In this document: positions 8,734 to 17,635 of the stretch, piece after piece
How the letters are laid out: every line of letters starts with the position of its first letter
Numbering within the stretch: the stretch's first letter is position 1
Notes under the pieces: generated by a model
Told to the model about the DNA's origin: nothing
What the model saw: only the letters and a program-made list of their open reading frames with translations
Database searches by the model: none
Source: Candidatus Latescibacterota bacterium
GTDB lineage: Bacteria; Latescibacterota; UBA2968; UBA8231
Assembly: GCA_965221775.1 (NCBI GenBank)
Contig: CBDCSU010000004.1
Span: 832,001 to 896,000, forward strand
Direction: 5' to 3'
DNA length: 64,000 bases
Translations under genes and position numbers: made by a program

Positions 8734-9810
8734 TCAGGCCCTCCCCACGGTCAGCTCGTCCAGCTTCGCCTCGTCCAACTCGACGCCGAGACCCGGCCCC
8801 TCGAAGGGGGTCAGGTAGCTGCCCTCGGCCTTCACCCGCTCCCTGGCCGGCGAGGCCGTGTAGAGGACGGGGCCCATGGGGTCGCAGGGCAACTGCACCT
8901 GGGGCGAGCTGACGCCCACGGCGACCTGGGCGCTCACCCCGAGGGTCGACTCCTGGTCGGTGCCGATGAGGCACTTCAGGCCCATCGCCTCGGCCACGGA
9001 CATGATGCGCTTGATGTGGGTCGGCCCGCCGGAGACGCAGGCGAGGTTGAAGGCGGTGCAGGCGCCGCTGTCGGCCGCCTCCCAGGCCTGGCGCAGAGAG
9101 CCGATGTGCCAGGTCACGGGCAGGTCGACGCGCTTGGTGAACTCGGCGCTGGCGCGCATGTCCCAGCTCGGCTGCTCGAAGTGGAAGGGGTCGTGGCGGC
9201 GCAGCCGGTCGCCGTAGCGCAGGACCTCCTGCCAGTCGGAGAACCGGCCGGAGAAGTCGAGGGACTTGAGGCGGATGGCGTCGCCGTGCCTCGACTTCAT
9301 CTCGGTGAGGAAGCGGTCGTCGAGCTCGGAGTCGCCGGAGACGTAGAACCGGAAGAGGTGGTGGCCGAGGTCGACGAGGCGCTGCAGGTAGGAGCCGGCC
9401 TGCTCGAAGTCCTCCTGCACCTGGCGGCCCCAGATCGGGTAGCAGCAGTAGAGGCGGTCGCGCACCTTGCCGCCGAGCATCTGGTACGCGGGCACGCCCT
9501 GCACCTTGCCGTTGAGGTCGTAGAGGGCCAGGTCGACGGCGGAGGCCACGTGCGCGTTGGAGACGCTGGAGCCCCAATGGCGGCTGCGCATCAAGTCGTT
9601 GATCTCGTTGATGCGGCGCGCGTCAAGGCCCTTGAGCTGCTCGTTGAGCTGCTGCGCCAGGGCCGGCACGTCGTCGCACTTGCTGTCCGACGCCTCGCCC
9701 AGGCCCACCGGGCCGTCGTCGACGTGGAGCTTGAGGATCACGTGCCCGGAGATCATCCCGTGGTAGCGGGGCGTCTCGATCTGGATGAGTTCGATCTTCT
9801 CGATCTTCAC
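8734..9810 (-). CDS. Enolase-superfamily acid-sugar dehydratase, galactarate dehydratase II-like
   Basis: GLGEASD, DLALYDLNGK, CYPIW, FRFYV (R-x-Y in place of KxK), KSLDFS, FEQP, TWH, GTDQE, DPMGPVLY, PGLGVELD. Confidence 0.85.
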   Translation of the reverse strand: MKIEKIELIQIETPRYHGMISGHVILKLHVDDGPVGLGEASDSKCDDVPALAQQLNEQLKGLDARRINEINDLMRSRHWGSSVSNAHVASAVDLALYDLNGKVQGVPAYQMLGGKVRDRLYCCYPIWGRQVQEDFEQAGSYLQRLVDLGHHLFRFYVSGDSELDDRFLTEMKSRHGDAIRLKSLDFSGRFSDWQEVLRYGDRLRRHDPFHFEQPSWDMRASAEFTKRVDLPVTWHIGSLRQAWEAADSGACTAFNLACVSGGPTHIKRIMSVAEAMGLKCLIGTDQESTLGVSAQVAVGVSSPQVQLPCDPMGPVLYTASPARERVKAEGSYLTPFEGPGLGVELDEAKLDELTVGRA

Positions 9811-9818
9811 GGTCTCTC

Positions 9819-11012
9819 CTATCCCTTCTCGATGTTGGGCGGCGGCGCCGCGGCCTCCCACTCGGGGCCGGCCAGGGCCGCGGCCAGGGTGCGGGCCACG
9901 CTCACGGCGTGGGCGCAGGTCGCCTCCTCGGTGACGCAGTAGATCTGGTAGCAGTAGGCGAGGGTGCCGAAGCGCTCGGCAAGGTTGCTGAAACCGCCGG
10001 CCCCGCTCAAGGGGGTGGCGCGCTCGATGGCGGTCACCCGCCAGTCGGCGTTCAGCGACAGCAGGGCCGCGTCCACACGTTGCGCCAGCTCGCGCCGTTC
10101 CGGGTCGGCGAACCACTCCGCCGCCATGGGGTTCAGCTTGTGGGCGCGCACGTCCTGGTAGTGGGTGTGCAGCTCCAGGTAGGTGAGCGGCCGCAGGGCC
10201 TCGGCGTACTCCCACAGGGCGCGGGTCTCGGCCGGGGCCGCCTCGCCCGCCAGCAGGCGGCCGAAGCTGAACATGGGCACCTCGCCGCCGCCGTTGGTGC
10301 ACGACCGCCCGCCGGCGGTGCCGTCGGGGTTGGGCAGGGGCACGAAGGCGAAGCGGAAGCGCTCGAGCAGGCGCCGCGTCAGGGCGCTGCCGTCGGTGAG
10401 CCAGTGGGCGATGGCGAGGACCGGACGCGCCGCCGGCTCGGCCGGCTGCATGGTGGCCCCGATCAGGATGGTCTCTTCGGCGCCGCCCGTCGATTCCACG
10501 GCCATGATCGGCCGGCTCCCGGCGGTGCGGCCGATCTCGCGGACCTCGAAGGGACCGGAGGCGGCCAGCACCCCCATCTCGTCGTAGACCTCCCGCATGC
10601 TGACGTAGGGCTTGTTGGCCACCCGCAGCTGCTCGCCCGGGGCCAGGCGGATCCTCAGGTCCACGTGGGAGCCCTCGACGTACTCCGTGTCGCGGGCCGG
10701 GACCGGACGCCAGCGGCAGCGCCGGAAGAGCCAGTACGGCGGCGCCATGTACGCGGCGCCGCTGGTCTCGGTGAACCGGAACCGCAGCCGCACCGTGCGC
10801 CGCTGGTCCACCCGGGAGGCCAGGCGCACGTGGCAGGCGTACTCCCGGGGCACCCCGGCGCCGCCGAAGTGCTCCTCCAGGGCGGCGGAGAACCAGTCGG
10901 GCACCGGCTCGGGCAGGGGCAGGGCCTCGAAGGCGTCCTTGCCCGCGGGCAGGATCTCGCCGGCGCTGCCGCCCTCGAAGTCGGCGTCGACGCGGATGGA
11001 GAGGTCGCTCAC
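9819..11012 (-). CDS. M14 family zinc carboxypeptidase-like protein
   Basis: VDADFEGGS, IGRTAGSRPI, PLPNPDG, LELHTH; the first Zn motif reads MQPAE; GTG start inferred. Confidence 0.75.
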   Translation of the reverse strand: MSDLSIRVDADFEGGSAGEILPAGKDAFEALPLPEPVPDWFSAALEEHFGGAGVPREYACHVRLASRVDQRRTVRLRFRFTETSGAAYMAPPYWLFRRCRWRPVPARDTEYVEGSHVDLRIRLAPGEQLRVANKPYVSMREVYDEMGVLAASGPFEVREIGRTAGSRPIMAVESTGGAEETILIGATMQPAEPAARPVLAIAHWLTDGSALTRRLLERFRFAFVPLPNPDGTAGGRSCTNGGGEVPMFSFGRLLAGEAAPAETRALWEYAEALRPLTYLELHTHYQDVRAHKLNPMAAEWFADPERRELAQRVDAALLSLNADWRVTAIERATPLSGAGGFSNLAERFGTLAYCYQIYCVTEEATCAHAVSVARTLAAALAGPEWEAAAPPPNIEKG

Positions 11013-11124
11013 GCTGCACAAGATTGCGGAAACACCCGGCCTCGCTCAAGCGGCCGGTGCCCGGCCCTGGACGGCTCCGCCCTCAGGGGCCTGATTCCTC
11101 GCCCCCCAAGTCGAGGAGATCCCC

Positions 11125-13701
11125 ATGGAACCCGGTTACCCCTTCCTCCGCGAGTACCGCGGCGAGCAGCTCCTCAAGGTGGCCATGCCCCTGGGCGGCA
11201 TCGGCACGGGCACCGTCTCCCTCGGCGGGCGCGGCGACCTGCGCGACTGGGAGCTGATGAACCGGCCCTCGAAGGGCTTCGTGCCGAAACAGGGCGACTC
11301 CTGGATCGCCCCCGGGCCCTCGGTCGTGCTGCACACCCACGAGGCGGCCTCCGGCCGCCGCCAGACGCGCCTGCTGGAAGGCCCGCTGGATCCCGTCCAG
11401 TACGACGGCCAGGCCGGCTGCGCGGTGAACAACCACAACCTGCCGCGCATGGAGGCCGCAGTCTTCCGCGCCGCCTACCCCCTGGCCGAGATCGACTTCG
11501 CCTGCCGCGAGCTGCCGCTGCGGGTCCGCCTGCAGGCCTTCAACCCGCTGGTGCCGTGCGAGGTCGGCGACTCCAGCCTCCCCGCGGCGGTGCTGCGCTA
11601 CCGTCTCCGCAACCCGACGGCGGCACCCGTGGAGGCGGCCATCGCCTTCTCGCTGCCGAACTTCATCGGCGCCGACCGCTCCCTTCAGGAGCGCACCTGC
11701 TACGCCACCACCGCGGCCTACGGCCCGCGGCGCAACGTCAACGAGTTCCGCGGCGGCGACGGGCTGCGGGGCCTCTTCCTGCGCTCCGAGGGCGTGCCCG
11801 CCAACCACCCAGCCTGGGGCACCATGGCGCTGACCACGACGGCGGCGGAGTGCTCGCACCGCACCGCTTGGGCCGATCTGTCCTGGGGCAACACCCTCCT
11901 CGACTACTGGGACGACCTGACGGAGGACGGCGCCGTGGACGAGCGCTCCTCGGGCAATGACGACCCCATGGCCACCCTGTGTCCGCGGGTCACGGTCCCC
12001 GGCGGCGGCGAGGCCGAGATCCTCTTCCTGCTCACCTGGCACTTCCCGAACCGCCTCGCCTGGGAGGCGGCGGACCACATCGACGCGGCGGACGGCAGCG
12101 GTTGCTGCGACGGCGACTGCGCGCCGGAACCCTATCCCGAGTTCGTCGGCAACCACTACTGCACGGTCTACGACGACGCCTGGGAGGTGGCCGCGCGCGA
12201 GATGGGACGGCTCGACGACCTGGAGGCGCGCACCGTCGGCTTCGTCTCCGACTTCCTGGCCGCCGACGTGCCCGAGGTGGTCCGCGAGGCGGCCCTGTTC
12301 AACCTGTCCACCCTGCGCACCCAGACCTGCCTGCGCACCGCCGACGGCCACTTCTTCGGCTGGGAGGGGTGCCACGACACGCAGGGCTGCTGCCGCGGCT
12401 CCTGCACCCACGTGTGGAACTACGAGCAGGGACTCGGTTTCGTCTTCGGCGAGCTGTCCCGCAACATGCGCCACGTCGAGTTCGCCCACGCCACCACCGA
12501 CCGCGGGCAGGTGCAGACCCGCATCGGCCTGCCCCTCCACCGGCCCCCGGAGCAGCCCTTCCTCGCCGCCGCCGACGGCCAGCTCGGCGTCATCATGCGG
12601 TTCTACCGCGACTGGCAGCTCAGCGGCTCCCGGGATCTGTTCGACGCCCACTGGCCGCGGGTGCGCTCCGCCATTGAGTTCTGCTGGATCGAGCACGGCT
12701 GGGACGCCGACCAGGACGGCGTCATGGAGGGCTGCCAGCACAACACCATGGACGTGGAGTACTTCGGACCCAACCCGCAGATGGGGTTCTGGTACCTCGG
12801 GGCCCTGCGCGCCGGCGAGGAGATGGCCCGCCACGCCGGCGACGCCGACCTGGCCGGGCGCTGCCGGTCGCTGTTCGAGTCCGGTAGGGGCTGGATGGAG
12901 GCGCACCTGTTCAACGGCGAGTACTTCGAGCACCGCGTCGTCCCGCCCGGCGCCGGCGCCGCCATCGATCCCGGGATCATCGGCAACCCGGACCGCGGCG
13001 ACCTCGACGGCCCGGCGCTGCAGCTCGGTCCCGCCTGCCTGGTGGACCAGCTCGTGGGGCAGTACATGGCCCACGTATGCGGCCTCGGCGACCTCGTCGA
13101 TCCCGGCCTCGCCCGCGCCACCCTGCGCAGCATCAAGGCCCACAACTGGCGCGATTCCTTCCTCGGCCACTTCAACCACTTCCGCAGCTACGCCGCCGGC
13201 GACGAGAGGGGGCTGCTCATGGCCAGCTACCCCCGCGGCGACCGGCCGCGGCAGCCCTTCCCCTACTGCAACGAGCTGATGACCGGGTTCGAGTACAGCA
13301 CCGCCGTGCACATGCTCTACGCCGGCCTGGAGGAGGAGGGCCTGGAGTGCTTCGCCGCTGTCCGCGACCGCTACGACGGCCGCCGCCGCAACCCCTTCGA
13401 CGAGGCCGAGTGCGGCCACCACTACGCCCGCGCCCTGGCCAGCTGGGGCGGGCTCCTGGCCTGGACGGGCTTCGGCTACTCCGCCGTCACCGGCGCCCTG
13501 CGGTTGGGGCGGGAGGGGAGCTTCTTCTTCTCCACGGGAGATTCCTGGGGCACCTATACCCTGGAGGGAGGCCGCCTGAGCCTCTCCGTGAAGGGAGGGC
13601 GTCTGCGGCTGGAGAGCGTGGCCGTCGGCGGCGGCGCCGAGACCCGGCTGCCGGAGCCGGTGGTTCTCACCGAGGGCCGGGAGGTGGTGGTCCCGGGCTG
13701 A
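11125..13701 (+). CDS. GH116 glycoside hydrolase (non-lysosomal glucosylceramidase family)
   Basis: AMPLGGIGTGTVSLGGRG, GSCTHVWNY, QHNTMDVE, MTGFEY, RYDGRRRNPFDEAECGHHYAR; GAGGAG SD. Confidence 0.93.
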   Translation: MEPGYPFLREYRGEQLLKVAMPLGGIGTGTVSLGGRGDLRDWELMNRPSKGFVPKQGDSWIAPGPSVVLHTHEAASGRRQTRLLEGPLDPVQYDGQAGCAVNNHNLPRMEAAVFRAAYPLAEIDFACRELPLRVRLQAFNPLVPCEVGDSSLPAAVLRYRLRNPTAAPVEAAIAFSLPNFIGADRSLQERTCYATTAAYGPRRNVNEFRGGDGLRGLFLRSEGVPANHPAWGTMALTTTAAECSHRTAWADLSWGNTLLDYWDDLTEDGAVDERSSGNDDPMATLCPRVTVPGGGEAEILFLLTWHFPNRLAWEAADHIDAADGSGCCDGDCAPEPYPEFVGNHYCTVYDDAWEVAAREMGRLDDLEARTVGFVSDFLAADVPEVVREAALFNLSTLRTQTCLRTADGHFFGWEGCHDTQGCCRGSCTHVWNYEQGLGFVFGELSRNMRHVEFAHATTDRGQVQTRIGLPLHRPPEQPFLAAADGQLGVIMRFYRDWQLSGSRDLFDAHWPRVRSAIEFCWIEHGWDADQDGVMEGCQHNTMDVEYFGPNPQMGFWYLGALRAGEEMARHAGDADLAGRCRSLFESGRGWMEAHLFNGEYFEHRVVPPGAGAAIDPGIIGNPDRGDLDGPALQLGPACLVDQLVGQYMAHVCGLGDLVDPGLARATLRSIKAHNWRDSFLGHFNHFRSYAAGDERGLLMASYPRGDRPRQPFPYCNELMTGFEYSTAVHMLYAGLEEEGLECFAAVRDRYDGRRRNPFDEAECGHHYARALASWGGLLAWTGFGYSAVTGALRLGREGSFFFSTGDSWGTYTLEGGRLSLSVKGGRLRLESVAVGGGAETRLPEPVVLTEGREVVVPG

Positions 13702-13765
13702 GTCGTTTGGGGCGTTGGCCCTGCTTGTCAGCGCCCTCGGGCGCCATCAACTCGGGGCTTCTGCC

Positions 13766-14527
13766 TCAGATTGGCGGAAGACTGCAGATCTGCGACCTGG
13801 TTGCTTCGTAGTAACGACCGTCCCGGAGCTGGAACTCCTCACTCTTGGGCTCTCCGATCGCTCGCCACACCCAGGCGAACATCGTCCGCAGGGAGGCGCA
13901 GGTCTCCTTGCGAGATAACACGCGAGGAATGTCAAGCCCTTCGACGATCCGGGTCCCATCCTCCTTCTCGTCGTAGCCCGAACAGTGCCTCTTCAGATCC
14001 GCCTTGGGATGGCGGATCTCCTCGACATCTCCCTCATGCTCCTCCAGGTCCGTACCAAGGACCCGGTTGACAGTCTCGATGTCCGCGAAGAAATAGGCTT
14101 CGAGCATGTTCACCAGGAAGTGCACCGAGGCCCGCCGAGCCTGATCCGGCTTGAGCATTGTGTCCAAGGCGAGACGATACCGGGCGAAGACTTGGTCGAC
14201 ATCATCCGACCTGTCCGCCTCGAGATCATCTACAAGGAGGAGAAATCCGGGCTTGGACAAGAGATGCCGACGAGCCGGCAGGCCGATATCCGTTGCGTCC
14301 CGGTCGGGGATCTCCTTGCCGCTGCCGACCATCTTCAACTGGCGCTTTGCCGACCTGATGGCTGAGCGTTGACCGACGCGCCGAATGATCTCGAAACGAC
14401 ACTTCCCGGTGGCTGCGATTGATCGAAAGAGAGCGGGCAGACACTCCCGCTCGGCTTCTCCCGTGACGATCAGACCGAAGTGGTAGAACGGCCAAGCGGT
14501 GACCGCGGTCGGATGGGAGGTACTCAT
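13766..14527 (-). CDS. DUF4276-like protein (TOPRIM-like putative nuclease)
   Basis: GLIVTGEAERE, LLVDDLE, MLEAYFFAD, EEIRHPK; ATGA-coupled to the ATPase; lower GC than flanks. Confidence 0.75.
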   Translation of the reverse strand: MSTSHPTAVTAWPFYHFGLIVTGEAERECLPALFRSIAATGKCRFEIIRRVGQRSAIRSAKRQLKMVGSGKEIPDRDATDIGLPARRHLLSKPGFLLLVDDLEADRSDDVDQVFARYRLALDTMLKPDQARRASVHFLVNMLEAYFFADIETVNRVLGTDLEEHEGDVEEIRHPKADLKRHCSGYDEKEDGTRIVEGLDIPRVLSRKETCASLRTMFAWVWRAIGEPKSEEFQLRDGRYYEATRSQICSLPPI

Positions 14528-15708
14528 CCTTCGTTGTCAGTTGCTGCATTGGGGCCCTGCGGCGCAATCGCTTCGGACATGTAGAGGGATCCCGCCGCGT
14601 AGTCCTCGAGGAGGTCCTGAACCTGGTCGATCTCGGACAGGCGATCGAATCGCGCACGCCCCTCCTCGATGCCGGCGACGAGGATGTCCTGCGGCTCGAA
14701 CTGGCTGATGAGCACGGGCGAATGGGTGGCGAGGAACACCTGTTTGTTCCATCCCTCGGCGGCTTCCTTGACGGCTCTCGCAAAGACGGCGATGGCCCAC
14801 GGATGGAGGGAGGTTTCCGGTTCATCGAACAGCAGGACCGATTCTCTCTCTCCTTCCGAGAATAGTGCGATCAAGAGAAGCAGCAGTTGCAGGTGCCCAT
14901 CGGAAACCTCAGACGCGAATATTCCTTCACGGCGCCCCTTCTCAAGGAAGCTGGCGTATACGGAGGTTGCTCCTGTCTGTTCCAACACGATGCCGTCGAA
15001 GGCGGGGAATGCTCCGCCCATGTACCGCATGATCGTGCCGTGACGATCATCGACGTTCTGTCTGTCCTGAAGGTTCCGGAGCACGGACCAGGCATTGTTT
15101 CCAAGGTCCCGGAGCCGGGTTTCATGGCTGCTTTCGGATCCGGCCCGCTTTAGAGGCCGGATCAGGAAGGATCTGGAGTTGTACAGTCGGATGGAGTGGA
15201 GCAGCCGATCGAGATACCCGGCCTCCTTGTGGCCCCGGTTCAGATCCAGGAAGAGTCCCAGACTTGGCTTTTCGGGTTCACGCAAGGGGATCGGCAAAGT
15301 CTGCCTGATGTCCGTATGGTAAAGGTCGGCCTTGTCCGATCCTGGTCTCCGATCGATGAGCACCTCGGTTCGTGAAGAGGAATGCAGCCGCTCACCCGGG
15401 CAAGGTTCGATTCTGCCGGACGAGAGAGAAACCGAGAGGCCATAGGTGACGCCACCGGCCGACAACTCCACCTCGATACCCTGGTCTTCGACCGCTCCGT
15501 CCCAGAGAATGCCGATGCCGTGTCCGCGCTCGGAAGACGCAACTTCAACACCGCGGATCGCACAGTCCCGGAAGAAGTAGAGCGTGTCGAGCAGCGTCGA
15601 CTTGCCGGCCCCGTTCGGGCCGAAGACGACATTGATCGGACCCACGTCCAACTGGACGTCAGCCAGAGCCCGGTAGTTCTTGACGTGAATTCTACTCAGG
15701 CCGCTCAA
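14524..15708 (-). CDS. ABC-type (AAA_21 / OLD-like) ATPase
   Basis: IHVKNYRAL, GPNGAGKST, VSDG signature, LLFDEPETSLHP, ATHSP. Confidence 0.92.
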   Translation of the reverse strand: MSGLSRIHVKNYRALADVQLDVGPINVVFGPNGAGKSTLLDTLYFFRDCAIRGVEVASSERGHGIGILWDGAVEDQGIEVELSAGGVTYGLSVSLSSGRIEPCPGERLHSSSRTEVLIDRRPGSDKADLYHTDIRQTLPIPLREPEKPSLGLFLDLNRGHKEAGYLDRLLHSIRLYNSRSFLIRPLKRAGSESSHETRLRDLGNNAWSVLRNLQDRQNVDDRHGTIMRYMGGAFPAFDGIVLEQTGATSVYASFLEKGRREGIFASEVSDGHLQLLLLLIALFSEGERESVLLFDEPETSLHPWAIAVFARAVKEAAEGWNKQVFLATHSPVLISQFEPQDILVAGIEEGRARFDRLSEIDQVQDLLEDYAAGSLYMSEAIAPQGPNAATDNEG

Positions 15709-17621
15709 GAAGACACCGTGGTGACCGAGCTCACCGCCCCGGCCCGTCCCATGGCGTTGACGGCGCGCGCCTCCAGGCGGTTCTCGCCGGCGTGCAAAGG
15801 CCAGGCGAAGGCGGCCTCGCGCGGCTCCCAGCCGCCGCCGTCGACGCGCACCTCGAAGCGCTCGAAGTTCGGACAGACGGCCTCCAGGTCGACGCGCAGG
15901 TCATCCCCGCCGCCGGCCTGCAGGTGGATGCGGGTGCGGTCCACGTCCCAGTAGAGGTCGGCCTCGCGGTCGGTGTGGCGGCTGAACCACGGCAGGGCCG
16001 GGGTCTTGTCGTCCTCCCAGAACAGGTAGCCGTCGTAGTGGTAGGAGCCGGCGCCGTGCTCGGGCTCGCCCGGGCCCAGGGTGGCGGGCTCGTCGTTGCG
16101 GCGGTTGATCATGAACCGCGTCCACAGGTGGATCCTGCTCTCCACCTTGAAGCGCTCGCCCGTGGCCTCCGGCGGCGGCGGGCTCACGCGGATGTCGTCG
16201 AGGTCCTCGTCGACCCAGGCCGTGTGCGCCTCCAGGGCGGTGAGAGGCACGCCGTGGCGCTCGAAGTGGTAGGTGAACTTGGTGGCGTCGTTGCTGTCGC
16301 CGCCGGGATCCATGGTCACCCACTTGCCGTAGTCGTTCGACCAGACCTCGGTGATGCAGTGGGAGCGCATGATCTGGGTGCGCGCCGTGAACCCGAGGGC
16401 GGCGCAGCACTGGGTGAAGACGGAGGCGTAGTGGGTGCACATGCCGAGGGCCAGCTGCTGGCCGGCCAGTTCGAGGATAACCAGGGCGTCCCAGGGCGGG
16501 CAGTAGTCCAGGCCGCCCATGTTCCAGCCGTCCTCCCACTGCTCGCGGACCCACTGGCGCAGGCGCGTGAAGGCCTCGAACTCGGTCTTGGCCGGGCCCA
16601 CCACCTGGTCGAGCTTCCAGCGCTCGCGCAGGACCTTGGCCCGGGGCTCGTCGGTACTCATGTAGGAGAACCGATGGGAGCTGTACGCCAGGGGGCGGTT
16701 GTCCGCCTCCACGACGCGGGCTGAAGCCTCGGCGCCCGCCTCCACCCGGGCCGACAGGCGGGCCCCGGTCAGGGTCGGGGTCACCGCGGGGTCGTCCGTC
16801 GACAGCAGCGCCCGCCACTGGAAGAACCGGGCCCCCTCCGGCACCGCGGCCTCCCCCTCCAGCGGCGCCCAGGCGCTCCAGCCTTCGGGCTCGTACGCCG
16901 GCGTCGGACCGGCCCGCCACTCGAGGCGGCGGCTCGTGCCCGCCGGCTCCTGCCCCTGCATCTCGACGCCCACGCCGAGGGCGGAGCCGTCCAAGGCGAT
17001 CGCCCCCTCCTCTACTCCGAGCAGGTCCACCGCCTCGGAGCAGACCTCGCCCGCGGTCATGTGCTGGTCGAGCCACAGGCGCACCACGTACTCGCCGTCG
17101 ACGCGGTCGTTCACGCCCAGCTCGTCGGGGCGCCAGGTGCGCCCGCCGTCGTCGCTGACCTCGCTGCGGTCGGGCTGCACGCTCTCTTCCACCAGCACCG
17201 TCCACTCGGCGTCGCCCACGGCGCGCAGCACGACCTCGTTCTCCCCCTCCCGCAGCCACGCCGGGTCGATCTCCACGGCGTGCCAGCGGTCGACCCAGTA
17301 CTCGCGCTTCTCCTGCCACACGAAGCGGGCGGAATGCCCGTTGACCAGCGCCTCCAGCTCGCCGCCGACCCGGTCGCACGAGAGATAGCCGATGAGTCTG
17401 GCGCCGGAAGCGGAGACCGGCCCGAGGACCAGACGCTTGCGGATCCACCGCCCCCCGGCGATGCGCTCCAGGTCGCGGTTGTTGCAGAGGGCCGCCTCGT
17501 CGGCCGCCATCACGCCGCGCCGCAACTGCAGGCCGCCGCCGCCGCGCACGACGTTGCGGCGGGTGCAGCGGTCGAGGGCCTCGGGGCCCTCCCATGCTCT
17601 CGAAGTCGTCGTCTCTGACAT
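15705..17621 (-). CDS. Transglutaminase-like domain protein with N-terminal beta-rich domains
   Basis: Cys-His-Asp triad in GMCTHYA, SHCITEVW and TMDP; start MSETTT after a GGAGGA SD. Confidence 0.82.
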   Translation of the reverse strand: MSETTTSRAWEGPEALDRCTRRNVVRGGGGLQLRRGVMAADEAALCNNRDLERIAGGRWIRKRLVLGPVSASGARLIGYLSCDRVGGELEALVNGHSARFVWQEKREYWVDRWHAVEIDPAWLREGENEVVLRAVGDAEWTVLVEESVQPDRSEVSDDGGRTWRPDELGVNDRVDGEYVVRLWLDQHMTAGEVCSEAVDLLGVEEGAIALDGSALGVGVEMQGQEPAGTSRRLEWRAGPTPAYEPEGWSAWAPLEGEAAVPEGARFFQWRALLSTDDPAVTPTLTGARLSARVEAGAEASARVVEADNRPLAYSSHRFSYMSTDEPRAKVLRERWKLDQVVGPAKTEFEAFTRLRQWVREQWEDGWNMGGLDYCPPWDALVILELAGQQLALGMCTHYASVFTQCCAALGFTARTQIMRSHCITEVWSNDYGKWVTMDPGGDSNDATKFTYHFERHGVPLTALEAHTAWVDEDLDDIRVSPPPPEATGERFKVESRIHLWTRFMINRRNDEPATLGPGEPEHGAGSYHYDGYLFWEDDKTPALPWFSRHTDREADLYWDVDRTRIHLQAGGGDDLRVDLEAVCPNFERFEVRVDGGGWEPREAAFAWPLHAGENRLEARAVNAMGRAGAVSSVTTVSS

Positions 17622-17635
17622 CCTGTCCTCCCCTT

